This document shows positions 37,291 through 50,132 of a DNA stretch of 64,000 nucleotides, one piece after another. Position 1 is the first letter of the stretch, and each line of letters begins with the position of its first letter. The notes under the pieces are model-generated. The model saw only the letters and a program-made list of their open reading frames with translations, searched no databases and was not told where the DNA came from. Source of the stretch: the human T2T-CHM13v2.0 reference genome, Homo sapiens. The stretch lies in NCBI RefSeq assembly GCF_009914755.1, contig NC_060928.1, one strand, 5' to 3'. The translations under genes and the position numbers were made by a program.

Positions 37291-40169
37291 TTCAGATACA
37301 GTATTTTAAATGTTTTGATTAAAGATAGTGCAGTCACTCCTCAGCCAAATAGTGATTTTAAAAAAACCCACCATGTTTTGTGTATTTCTACACATTGAGC
37401 TAAAGAATTAAGTACATAATGTGGGCCACAAGCTAGGCAGGAATGACCACTTTACTACCCTCAAGGCTGCCACGCAATTAGTCTATAAGTGTGTGTTAGC
37501 CCTGGCTACCCCTTTCTAAAATTGTCTTACACTATACTAGAATGTAAGCTTTCTGAGGGCAGGACCTCTGGCACGTAGTGGATGGCCAGAAAATGGAAGG
37601 AAGCAGGTAACAGAATTTCCTCTCTGGGCAAAGAATTGTCAGGACCTAAGAAACATGTAAAGATTAGAAAATCCAAGAATAAATCGAGGAAGACTTTTGA
37701 TTTTTATACGCTTGAAAGCAAGAGAGAGGAAGTAGAAAATAAGATTCCTTAGAATCCAGGTGCACGCTGTTAAAATTGTCAATGTGGATGATTCTTTAAA
37801 CCATAATTTGGGCCAAAAGCTGAGCATCACACCAAGAAAATATCTCTGCTTCTAGACATCAAGAAAGAGAGGTGGAGATAAAGGAAAAAACTTAATCCCG
37901 AATTGATAGGAGTGAGAGACAACAAACCTTAGGACAGGGAATTCTTAACTTGTGGCAGAGCAAACAGTAGAAACTCATGAGACGTGTTATCCAATAATAG
38001 AAAATAGGAACATGAGATTTATTCCACTAGACAGTACTAGGACTCTACATGTAAACTCATGGGAATTGAAATAAAGTTCTCTGCTGTAATTGGAGCAAGA
38101 TAGACTGAGGAGAGAGTAAACCACGAATGCTGGCTCAAGACAAAAAACCTAGCAGAGGTGCATTGCAGACATACCCATGAAGGAAAAACTTACACAAGGT
38201 CACCCTAAAGGAAGGACATTGTTAAGCCCTTTGAAATAATGGGGTGGAGAGGAAAATGAACTGAAAAAATGAAAAACACCCACAGGAAGAAATCAAAGAC
38301 GATTGTGTCAACCCCAGGGCTACAGAAGTGAGGAATAAAATTGGCTATTTCCGGACACTGACTTTCTTGATTTGTTGAACATACGTGAAAGCAGGACATG
38401 CCATGGTCGCTGGTTGCATCAAATAGAAATGACTCATTGGAATGTTACCTCCAAATCCTTACGTGAAGAGTAAGCAAAAGATGAAAGCTTTTATGATTCC
38501 TTTAGAAAAGAATTGCTTTTGGGACTTTATCATAGCTAGAAAAAAAAAAAAAATATCAAGCGAAGAAATAACACATCAAGCTTTCTGGCCCGGTAAGGCA
38601 GAAGGTAATTCAAAATCGGGCATGTTCACCACTTTTGGCACATTCAGCAGAAAAATGTTTAGTTTTTTCTCTGCCAGAATTTGTTCCTAGCATTTATTTC
38701 CAATTGCCTTAACGAAAATAAAATCATCCCATGTATAGAAGTACTTGCTTAGAAATCATGGTGAATTAGTACGTAGGCTATGCTGAGAATAATAATTGGA
38801 AACTGAAAAACAAAGATTGACTATAGTAATTAAATGGAAACTTTAAAAACCATCATTTAAAATGTAAATCTCTTCTCCAATAAGTGTATTCGGTCCTTTG
38901 AAAGAAACTCCTTTGCAATCACTCTCTGAAAAATATAGATTGTAAAGAATCCTGGCTGTGAGAAAGGAAGCTGAAAAGGGTTTGTTTTTCCCTCTGACAC
39001 TTTCCAGCAGAGACATCTCAGAATTGCCTAAGTGTGAATATCTAAAATTACAAACTAGTGTTCTCTAGAAATCTTAGGATACATGTGTGATGATAAAGAG
39101 AGCTACAGCTGTACTCATTACCAGTGAAATAACTCATGAAAAAGTTTTGGGCCAACTTTCGATAGCATGTTGAAAGCCACTGCGTTTTCTTTGTCTCTAC
39201 TTGCTTATTGTTCATTTTTGCTTCATTACCTATGGTGGCTTCTCTGTATCCCATAGTGAGAGTAGGGCCTGGACAAGGTTTGTAATCCTATCACACTTCC
39301 AAAATTATTGAATAAAATAATAGATGCCTTCTAGCAACCTGTTCCATGTGTCTGTGTTCTGTGTGTCTCAAAGTGCTCATAAATCCTTCAAGTCCTTATT
39401 TTGCCTACATCAGGGTTGATTTTCAGATTCTCAATATAATCATTGTATCAACAAACTTTAATTGTGTGTTAGGCCGAATTCCTATGTGAAATTGGTAACA
39501 CAGGCATTAAAGTTTACAAGAGTGCATAGAGGAAACTGGAATAATAGAAAATCAACAGACTAAAGAATTAGGAAAGACCTATGAATGGGAGGCCTATGCC
39601 CACTGAGTGTCAGTGCCTTCAGACACTTAGCAATGGTAGACCAGAAACACACCAACTGGGTTAGAGCTGAGAGTTCCTTTTGGAGAGTAAGGTACAATAG
39701 GAAGAGATCAGGAATCGGTGTAGGGCTCTCCTTAGATGCCACAGTGCACACTCATGGATCTGGTTTTGATAGTTGATGCTCCAGCACCTGAATGGGTCAG
39801 CAAGCTCTAATGGGTTTTAGAGATGTAGTCAAGAAGGCCAGTTGGTTGCTTATTGATATCATTTAGCTCCTTTGAGAAAAAGTGTCCAGACAATGTGCTT
39901 TACACTGATCTCCTTGAACACCTTTCAACACTTACGTGAAGTATGTAGAGGAACCTGAAGTTGAGGGAATTTAAATAACTGGTCTAAAGTCACATAGCTG
40001 GAAAGTTGGGAAGCTGAGGTTGAAGCTAAAGTCTGTCTCCACCCCAGCACCTTGGGGAGCCCCAAGAGATAAACCAAAGTTTGACAAGAGCCAAGAAGAT
40101 TGAGGTCTGTAAGTGTGTTTGCTGTCTAGCTCATTCAAGGTCTCCTAGTGCCCTTAACAGGAAATCCCC

Positions 40170-40650
40170 TCTCTCCAACCCAAGGCCCTGGCATCCACTG
40201 AGTTCTAATTTTTTCTCATTTGCTGGGATGTCATATATATGGAATCCTATGTGACGTAGCATTTTGTTTTTGCTTGTTTCACTTATTATGCTTTTCAGAT
40301 TTAGCCATGCACTATTGATTCATTGCTTTTTATTGCCGAGCAGTGTTCCATTGAATGGATGTGCTATGAAATGTTGGTGGACATTTGGATTATTTTCAGT
40401 TCAGGGCAATTATTAATATTTTTGGGGACATAGGCTTTTCTCTCGACCATTTTGGGATCGAATAGGATTGCTGGGTCATAGGGTAAGTGTATGTTTAATT
40501 TTGTAAGAAATTGCCAAGCCATTTTCCGAAGTCATAACCATTTGGCATTTCTATCAACAATGTATGAGAGTTCTAGTGGCTCCCTATATCCTCATCAGCA
40601 TTTAGTATTTTCAGTTTTTAAAACTTTAGCCATTCTCTTAGGTATGTACT
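40170..40650 (-). mobile_element. Old L1M 3' fragment
   Basis: ggattgctgggtcatagggtaagtgtatgtttaattttgtaagaaattgccaa...caacaatgtatgagagttc. Confidence 0.65.
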
Positions 40651-41149
40651 GGATGCTTTCTGACTTGCAAAATATATCAAATACATAATGGTGAGCTAAT
40701 TAACCCAGGGTTGGTAAATTGATTTATGGTTTGAACAAATTCAGTTTTCTATAACAAACATACTCTGCAGATTAACTGAATAAACATAGTGTCCTGTAAC
40801 ATGTTTTACAAGGTCTGTAGTAACATGTTTCCCAGCTAATGGTTGCAATACTTCAGAGGATAGTAGTTGAGTATTTTGGAATATTTCTTGCTCCTTTTCA
40901 GCTCTTGTGAAGAAGAGCTATGATTTGATAACTAGAGATTGTCTATATAGATTTCAATGTAAATAAGATTTTATATTCACTTATCTGGTCCACTTTGTTC
41001 ACTGTGTCCCTCTAGCCTTCTCTTCCTCATTGGCCCACTCATACGTATTTGGAATTGAAAGGCTGTCACTAAAATTCTTTCCTCTTTAGTTTTGGAGAAC
41101 TTCTAAGGATAGATCCATTTCGAGAGGCTTATAATTACATTTCACAGTT

Positions 41150-41360
41150 GACAAAGTGCTTTTTACATAGTCTTTCATTTTAGTCCCACAACCACCCCAT
41201 AAGGTAGATTTTATTATTTTCATTTAGCAAATGAAAAAAAAAACCAAAGGGGTCACAGAGTTCCAGTGGCTTATTCAAATTCACACTTAGTAATTGAAAG
41301 AAGTATGCCTGGAACCTGCATCTTCTAGTTCTGAATCCTATGTACTTTCTTCCATGCCAC
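41150..41360 (-). mobile_element. MIR SINE
   Basis: cccacaaccaccccataaggtag...aaatga...tcacacttagtaa pattern. Confidence 0.5.
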
Positions 41361-41853
41361 CCAAACCCCATGCCCTGTGCTTTAGCAGCTTTCCTCTGCG
41401 ATTAGTGCTAAAAGCCACAGGCCAAGTCAAATGTTGAAGGCCAATTGAGGATGGCCAGGTCTAGCCCTGACATCCTGGAAGCTGCTTTTGGCTCCACTAG
41501 GCCCTACCTTCAAAGAGCCTGGAGGATCTCATTGCTGCTCCGAGGAGACGAAGCAGAACATCACTCAAAGGAGTAGAGGAAATGCACAAGGCAGCCCCCA
41601 GTATAGTCTGGCCGAAGCCATCTGGGAGCCAGCACAGAAATCTTGACAGCCAAGTACTCAGCAGGCCGGAAAGCAGAAGATGGACCCTGGAGGGACTGAC
41701 TGTGTGTCAGGCACAGGGTTAGGGACTAGGGATAAGATCTGGTCCCCACTCTTAAGCTTAGACCCATGGAGGAGCTCTGAATGGTTGTACCCTGTTAAGC
41801 TTAGGCAGAGGATTCAAAGGGTGCTGTGAGGCAAGGTGGGAGGTTGGGTGGGT

Positions 41854-42364
41854 TATATTAGTATTCTGAAGAGTAATAGAACCAATAGGGTGTGCGTGTG
41901 TGTGTGTACCATATGTAGGTAGAGGGTGGGGTTGTTAAGGAATTAGCTTATGCAGTCATGGAGGCCGAGAAGTCCCAAAACCTGCCAACCACCCATAAGT
42001 TCCAGTTTGAGTCTGAAAGCCTGAGAACCAGGAGAACTGGATGTAGTTCCAGTCCAAAAGCCAGCAGACTCAAGACCCGGGAAGAGCCAATGTTTCGTAC
42101 CAAGTTTGATTGCTGAAAAAATTCATGTTCCAGCTCAAGCAGTCAGGCAGAAAGGGTTCCCTCTTAATCTACTCTTCTTTTCTGTTCAAATCTTCAATTG
42201 AATGGATGAGGCCCATCCATATTATTGAGTGCCATCCACTCAAGTCTGCAGATTCAAATGTTAATGTCATTCAGAAACATCCTCACAGACAAACCCAGAA
42301 AAATGGGCAAATGTCTGGGCACTCCATGGCCCAGTCAAGTTAAAACACAAAATTAATTATCACA
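41854..42364 (-). mobile_element. MLT2B-type LTR: 3' LTR of an ERV-L provirus
   Basis: Ends cccagtcaagtt...aattaattatcaca (reverse complement of the MLT2 start). Abuts the ERV-L polypurine tract (agtccaccctttgtcaacttgg). Confidence 0.85.
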
Positions 42365-42665
42365 AGTCCACCCTTTGTCAACTTGGAACCTATACACATC
42401 TCCTTAAACCATAAACTCCAAATAAAGACGATAACAATGTCATAATTTCACCTAATGAAAATAACTACCTTGCATACAACTGAAAACACACCAACTCCTT
42501 TCCCAGAAGAGAAGATGAGGTATTTGAGTGATATTTACTCTTCTCCATAATATCCCATTACTTCAATAATATGATATAAAATTAATACTTAAATACTATT
42601 ATATCAGTACACCTATTACAAGATAAAAGAGAATAAGAGAAGAAAGAAAATAAACATATAGAGCA

Positions 42666-43018
42666 TGTTAGGGACTGAATGTTTATGACTCCCCAAAATT
42701 CATATGTTGAAATCCTAATCCCCAATGTGATGGTATAAGGCCGTTTGGAAGGCACTATGTCATGAGGGGGGCGGTATGCAGGAATGTGATTAGTGCCCTT
42801 ACAGAAAGAGACCCCAGAGAGCTCCTCAACCTCTTTCTGCTATGTGAGAATATAAGGACAAGTCAGCAGTCTGCAACCTGGAAGAGGGCCCTCACCAGAT
42901 TCCAACCAAAGTGGTATGATCTCAAACTTTCAGCCTCCAGATCTGTGAGAAATAAATTTCTGTTGTTTATGAGGCACCCAGTCTGTGATACCCTGTTACA
43001 GCAGCCTGAACTAAGACT
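42666..43018 (+). mobile_element. MLT1A-type MaLR solo LTR nested in the ERV-L
   Basis: tgttagggactgaatgttt...aaattcatatgttgaaatcctaatccccaatgtgatgg...gcagcctgaactaagac. Confidence 0.85.
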
Positions 43019-45559
43019 AAAACTGACACAAAGATCCATGACAAGATAGGGAGGAAATACTCATGAGAATTACGGTCTTCATTCCTGTTACTAGTCATGT
43101 GGTTGTAGGTGGTATTTGTGACTGACTACTTTTTTCTACTACCCATGCTTTATTCCCTTTACCATAAGCAAGCACCTTAGCTGGTCATGGTTCTTTACCT
43201 GGCAGGGTGACCCAGTCTATTTCTGAAGGGTCTTGGCCACTACTTGGCCAAGTCATCTTGCTTGGATTGGGTTGTTGTACTTTTCCATTGATCTTAATCA
43301 CAAGACTTGGTAATACTAAGAGATGCTTTAGGGGATCTCCCGTATTTCAGACATACTCTTCCTTGCCTCCATTGTGTAACAGAAGTATAATTTCCCCTTG
43401 GTAGGCAGGATCAGTCACCCTAGTTGGCATTGTAACTCCCTTATTTGCCTGTCGATTCAGAGACATGGGGAATCCAAAGTGACTCAGTGGCAGTCTTAAC
43501 TTTCAGTTCAATGGAATCATTGTTCTGTCTCCTGATGGAAGCATTCCTCCCTTTGGCACAAAGATTTCTAGTCCAGCAGAGCAAAGGGCACAGGAACAGG
43601 AAGCAAAATTTTGCTAGTGGATCACTAGTGTGGTAGTGATTTGTGTCACTCCCATTTCTACCCCTTGATTCCTAGGCCAGCAAATCCTTGTTATGGAAGA
43701 AACAGCACCATATATAGGATGCTGATTCAGAAGATGTAACCCTTCTGAAGAAGCTTGCCCCGGCCCTGCAAGGTACTGTGCCCACTTTGTATATTCAAAA
43801 GGCCACTCCATGATTCTATCAAGACAGCTGCTTCAGAGAGTGAATTCCTTAAGCGTGAGTCCATTGCTGCACATCTTTTCCCATGAAATGAGTTCCTTGA
43901 TCAGAAGCAATGCTGTGTGGAATACCATAACAGCAGTTGTGGCAATCTGTAAGCCCATGGATGGTAGTTTTGGTAGAAGAATGCAGGGAAGGCCAATCCA
44001 TATCTAGAGTGTCTATTCCAGTAAGAACAAAATGGTGTCCTTTTCTTGATGGAAGTCATCCAATGTAATCAACTCATGGGCAGGTAGCTGACTGATCACC
44101 CTGGGAATGGTGCCATATCAGGGACTCTCAGTGTTGGTCTTTGCTGCTGGCAGAGTGGGCACTCAGCAGTGACCACAGCCAGGTCAGCTTTGGTGAGTGA
44201 AAGTCCATGTTGCAGAGCCAATGCACAGCCTCCATCCATGCCACCATGACCAGTTCATTCATAAGCCCATTGGCAATGACAGGGGTGGCTGAGGAAAGAG
44301 GCTGACTAGTCTCACAACAGTCATCTATCCACTTATTCCTGTCCTCCTCTGCTGAGGTCACCTTTTGGTAATAGCACACAACTTCATGTTTTTTCCCCAT
44401 TCAGAGACATCTAACCACATCCCTCTTCCCCATATTTCCAGGGGAAATATGTTGGTTGCCAGTTTTCCAATCATGTTCCTTCCAAGTCCCTGACCAGTGA
44501 AGCCATTGGCCACAGTCTATGAATCAGTATGTCACTGGCTATTGCTCTTCCAAGCAAAGTGAACAATCAGGTACATTGGTTGGTGTTCTGCCCACTGGGA
44601 GGACTTCTGTCCACCATTGTCCTTCAGGGATGTCCCAGAGAGAGGCCATAGTGCTGCAGCTGTCCACTTTCATGTGGTGCCTGCATATTGTGTGGGATCA
44701 TCTGTAAACCAGCCCTGAATCTTCCTCTGTCAACTGATCATAGGGTACTCCCCAGGAGGCCTTAGGTAGAGGCTGGAAGAGAGAAGGCAGTACAGCAGAA
44801 GTGTGAAGCATGGGCACTTGTCACTTCATGTAACTTACTTATGCTATCAGGGCCTGCTCAAAGCCAGTCTCCCATATATACCACTTCCATTTGATGTTGG
44901 AGTACCTCCGTGTACACTTAACTTTATGGCTTGGTGGGTCAGAACACCAAGTTCATGATGGGTAGCCTAGGTTTCATGGTAATTTTTTGGCCAGTGGTTA
45001 ACCATTCCAGGCTTCTTAAGGCCCACTAGCAGGCCAATAGGTGTTTCTTATAAGGGAAGTAGCTGTTGTTGTACCTCTTTTGGTTGCAGGAGATACTAGA
45101 TGCAAAACCTTGTCTTCCACTTTAGGAAGACATCTCAACAAGTCCCACACCACGAGACCTTGAAAAATTTCACTGAGATAGAAGGCTCCTAAAGTTTTGT
45201 TGAATTGTTTTCTGACCTTTGGCATACAGATGTCTTGCCAGTATGTCTAGAGTAATTGCTACTTCTTGTTTACCAGATCCAATCAACATAATGTCCTAGA
45301 TGTAATGGACCAGTGTGATATGCTATGGAAGGGAAAAGTGAAGAGCCCTGCAAACTAAATGATTACATAGGGCTGGAGAGTTTATATACCTTGAAGTAGG
45401 ACAGTGAAAGTGCATTGCTGACTTTGCCCACTGAAAACAAACAACTTCTGGTGGAGAATGTTGGCAGGGGTGGAGAAAGGAATTTATCAGGTCAATAGCT
45501 GCATATCAGATACCAGGTCCATGTTTCAGACAGCCAACCAACTAAACTGTTAAGAGACC

Positions 45560-46096
45560 TGCATTAGTCAGGGTTCTCTAGAGGGACAGAACTAATAGGA
45601 TAGATGTATATATAAAGGGAAGTTTATTAAGCAGTATTGACTCACACTATCACAAGGTTAAATCCCACAATAGGTTGTCTGCAAGCTGGGGAGCAAGGAA
45701 GTGAGCCCGAGTTCCAAAACCTCAAAAGTAGGGAAGCCGATAGTGCAGTCTTCAGTCTGTGGCTGAAGGCCCAAGAGCCCCTGGCAAATCACTGGTGTAA
45801 GTCCAAGAGTCCAAAAGCTGAGGAACTTGGAGTCTGACGTTTGAGGGCAGGAAGCATCCAGCACAGGAGAAAGATGAAGGCTGGAAGTCTTAGCAAGTCT
45901 GCTCTTTCCAACTTCTGCCTGCTTTATTCTGGCAGCTGATTAGATGGTGCCTACCCAGATTTAGGGTGAGTTTGCCTTTCCCAGTCCACTGACTCAAATG
46001 TTAATCTCCTTTGGCAACACCCTCACAGACACATCCAGAAACAATACTTTGTATCCTTCAATCCTATCAATTTGACACTCAATATTAACCATCACA
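45560..46096 (-). mobile_element. MLT2A (probably MLT2A2) HERV-L solo LTR nested in the older ERV-L
   Basis: tgcattagtcagggttctctagagggacagaactaatagg...aatattaaccatcaca with a 5-bp TSD agacc at 45555-45559 and 46097-46101. Confidence 0.9.
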
Positions 46097-46798
46097 AGAC
46101 CTAACTCCCAGAACTGCAACATTAAATGCAGAATCTCTGCCTAGTGGGGTGTGTCAGTCAGACACCAGAGGATGTGTTTTGTGTCACCCCACAAAATGGG
46201 CTCACAGGCTCCAGCCCCAAACTTAAATTGGCAAACCTAAAAGGCTTTGGGCTTTGGACTCCTCTGACCTGGAGGATTTCTTCCTCTGTACAAGCTGCTG
46301 ACACAACTCCACTTTGGATATGCCTTCTGAGAAAAAAGGGAGTCCCAGCAAAACCATGTCCACTGTCTCGAATCATCATATATCCTTGAATACTTGCATA
46401 TACTTTGTATTGTTTATTAGGTGAAAGGATGGTAAATAAAATGGAAGTTTCCGTAGTTCAGTCCCCATTCCCACCAATCTTCAAAATCATTTGTGTTAAT
46501 TTGCTCAAGCAATGAAACCACATCTGGTACAGCAGCTGCAATTGCAATCACCACCTGGTTAAACTTATGATAATCCATTGTTATTCTCCTATATCTATTG
46601 ATTATTAGACCTCCATAATCCCCTACTGTGACTGGTGAGCCACAGTATATATAGATATTTTGGGTCTTCTGGAATTAGTGTCAGTTCAGAACCCGTGTCC
46701 AGTAGTCCCACAAAGATTTGATTATTTACTTTTATCAATGCACAGTTATCCTGGTAAAAGACCATAGTATCCTTTGGGGAAGACTGGGAGATTAATAG

Positions 46799-47106
<308 letters not shown>

Positions 47107-47993
47107 TTAATAGTGTAAATTTTTGACAGTGTACTGGAGTCCTTCCTCAAGGGGATTTAGTGTCCCCTTTATTCAAGGTGTTCCGGGTCTGTCACTAGGG
47201 TTAATAGTGAATTGTTCCACTCCCTTTTCTACTCTTTGACTCCTAGACCCACGAATCCTAGTTAGCTGAAATCTGGGAGTTGATTGAGTAGTTGTCACTC
47301 TCTGCTTTTATGATTCAGGTTAGATTTTTGTTCACCTGACCTGGAAGTTTTCTGCTTATACAGATAAGGTAAGAATTTAGTAGGTTCTAATCTATTTCAC
47401 TTCTAGGTACACTGTGATCAACCAGTCAATAGCAGAAGTTAGTGAGAGTCAGATTGCTTCTCTGACTCTGTTGTTTATTATTGTTACCAGGCCCACCTAC
47501 CTTTAGTCCCTGCCCCACCACTTGGCCCCTGCCTCCCTGGGATCCAATTATTCCCACTGCATTTAGGTTTCCCAATTCAGTGGCTGAAGTTCCCATGGTG
47601 AGGTCCCACCTACAGAGAAGAGCAATCACAAACTTTTTCAAGAATGTTGGGCTCCCCTCACAAATTGATTTCTCATGTTATTGGTGAAAGGTATGATTTC
47701 TGAATCCTCCCAGGGTGAATGAGTATGTCTTAGGTAACAAATCCATTCTAACATACCAAACTCCCTAAACCTTTGAATCCCTTCCTCTGCATTAAACCAG
47801 GGCAGGTAGGGCACTTCCAGTTTGCTCACTGTGGGCCATCTTTTGGTCAATGTTTCAGATATCCAACCAAACCAATTTTTAGAGCTCCTTCTAACTCCCA
47901 GAACTGCAGCATTAAATGCAGAATCTCTGATTAGTGAAGCTGTGTCAGTAAATTTAACCTGATCCTTCTGTTCCTTCCACCATTAACCCACAC

Positions 47994-48298
47994 TTTTTTT
48001 TTTTTTTTTTTTTTTTGAGACAGATTCTCCCTCTGTTGCCCAGGCTGGAGTGCAGTGGCACAAACTCGGCTCACTGCAAATTCCACCTCCCAGGTTGAAG
48101 TGATTCTCCTGCCTCAGCCTCCCAAGCAGCTGGGACTACAGGCATGCACCACCACGCCCAGCCAATTTTTGTATTTTTAGTAGAGATGGAGTTTCACCAT
48201 GTTGACCAGGCTGGTCTGAAACTCCTGACCTCAGGCGATCCACCTGCCTCGGCTTCCCAAAGTGCTGGGATTACAGGTGTGAGCCAAGGTGCCTGGCC
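47994..48298 (-). mobile_element. AluSx-like element nested in ERV-L gag
   Basis: Poly-T plus reverse-complement Alu. Short TSD ccacac. Confidence 0.95.
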
Positions 48299-49314
48299 CC
48301 CACACCCTTAATATCCATTCCCACAAATTCCCCAGATGTCTATCTCTATAAATTAGAAAACTCGAGTAGTTTTTTTGGAGTGTAGCTCACATCCTCATGG
48401 GTCACATTTGTATGTCTCCTTTAGGGGCCCACCGGGACTTGAGTCTAGTTATAGGTCTAGAAGCAAAGAGGATTGGTAGGGATGGGTCTTGAGGAGACTC
48501 AGCATTGTCTTGCATGGCAACTGCCTCAGGAAAGATCATTGTAGTTTCCTCAGTCATTGCAGGGTTAATCTCCTCAGTCGGAGGTGAAAACGCCAATGCC
48601 ACTGGGGGTGGGAAAACTGCCTCTACTGGGGATGAGGAGAACTCTTACACTTGGCAGAGAAGACTCCTCAGAATTTTGATGAATCTTCAAACTCACTGAT
48701 GAAACTCAATGTTCCCAGCTTCATCAAGGTTTTCCCACATGTCACCATTCCAATTTATAGGATCTCATTGTTTCCCAATCCCAATCTACTTTAACAGTAG
48801 ACACTCTGCAAGGCTGAGAGTTCAACCTGCATTGTAATTCAGCCAGTTGCAGGATGAGATTCTGCATGTGATTTGATATTTCAATTATCTCAGCCTTGAG
48901 GCTACAGAAAATAAGGGTCTCTTTCAGGGAACACACAGAGACTTCAGGTCATTTATATGGCACTTGAGTTGGAATACAAATCCCTTAGCTTTTTTTTTTT
49001 TTTACCACGTTTTCCAATGCCATTAAGAGCAACCAGCCAACCTTAGCATATTCATTAATTTTTGAAAAATTTTGGAAAGTATCATATACACAATCACCCA
49101 GCTTCTTGCTTCTTATAAGCGGTGGATTAGGAGTATCCAATGCAGGTATTTTGCATATCTCTATTGCCAGATTACAGCATGGACAATCAGAGCTTTCTTT
49201 ACTACTAGAAATATATTCATTAGCATCTTTAAATCTAATCACATTAGAGAGCTGATTATAGAAACTCTGGAACCAATTCAGAAAACACTCTTTAAAAAAT
49301 TCTGTTTCTCTAGA

Positions 49315-49330
49315 CCCACTCCTGGTGCCA
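49315..49330 (-). promoter_or_regulatory. ERV-L primer-binding site (tRNA-Leu type)
   Basis: Minus strand reads LTR-end...GATTT TGGCACCAGGAGTGGG directly after the 5' LTR. Confidence 0.75.
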
Positions 49331-49335
49331 AAATC

Positions 49336-50007
49336 TGTACTACTCAGGATTCACCAGAGAAACAGAACCAATAGGAGACTACATATATCTCATATATATG
49401 ATATATATATATAATATATATATTATATATATTATATATATATCATATATATATAGATAGAGGTTTAGACCATATGTATGTACACATATATATAATGTGT
49501 GTACATACATATAGTCTAACATTCCAATCTCCCATATATATACATATATATTTTATATATATAAAGAGATTTATTTTAAGGTATTGGCTTCCATGATTCT
49601 TGAGGCTGAGAAGTCTCACCATCTGCTGCCTATAAGCTGGAGACCCAGGAAAGCTGGTGGTATAGTTTGAAAGCCTGACTGCTGAAGAGCCAATGGTGTA
49701 GATTTTGGTCTAGGTCTGAAGGCCTGAGGTCCAGGAGTGCTGAAGGTAGGAGAAGATCCATGTCCCAGTTCAAGTTGTCAGGCAGAGAGAGCAAATCCTT
49801 CTTTCCTCCACCTTTTTCATCTATTCAAGTTGTCAATGGATTGCATCATGACTTCCCACATTGGAGAAGGAAATCTGGTTTACTCAGTCTACCCATTCAA
49901 ATGCTAATGTATTTTAGAATCACCATAGATACTTCCAGAAATAATGTTTTACTGGCCACTTGGCCATCCTGTAGCTCAGTCAACTTGACCCAGAATGTAC
50001 CATCACA
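49336..50007 (-). mobile_element. MLT2B-type LTR: 5' LTR of the ERV-L, with an internal (TA)n-rich expansion (49381-49563)
   Basis: tgtactactcaggattcaccagagaaacagaaccaatagg...gtcaacttgaccc...catcaca, adjacent to the PBS. Confidence 0.85.
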
Positions 50008-50132
50008 GGTCCCTAACTTTATGACTTCATTTAACTTTAAACCTCCCTAAAGGCCCTGTCTCCAAATACAGTCACATTGTGAGTTTTGGCTTCAACATAT
50101 GGATTTCAAGTGGACATATTTTAGTCTATAAT
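50008..50132 (-). mobile_element. Partial MLT1 (MaLR) LTR abutting the 5' LTR
   Basis: aaaggccctgtctccaaatacagtcacattgtgag...ggcttcaacatat is MLT1B/C-like. Confidence 0.65.

Noticed and set aside
47426-49242. ERV-L gag fragments as a domesticated Fv1-like gene
   Set aside because: Broken into pieces under 90 aa by stops, frameshifts and an Alu; no intact reading frame.
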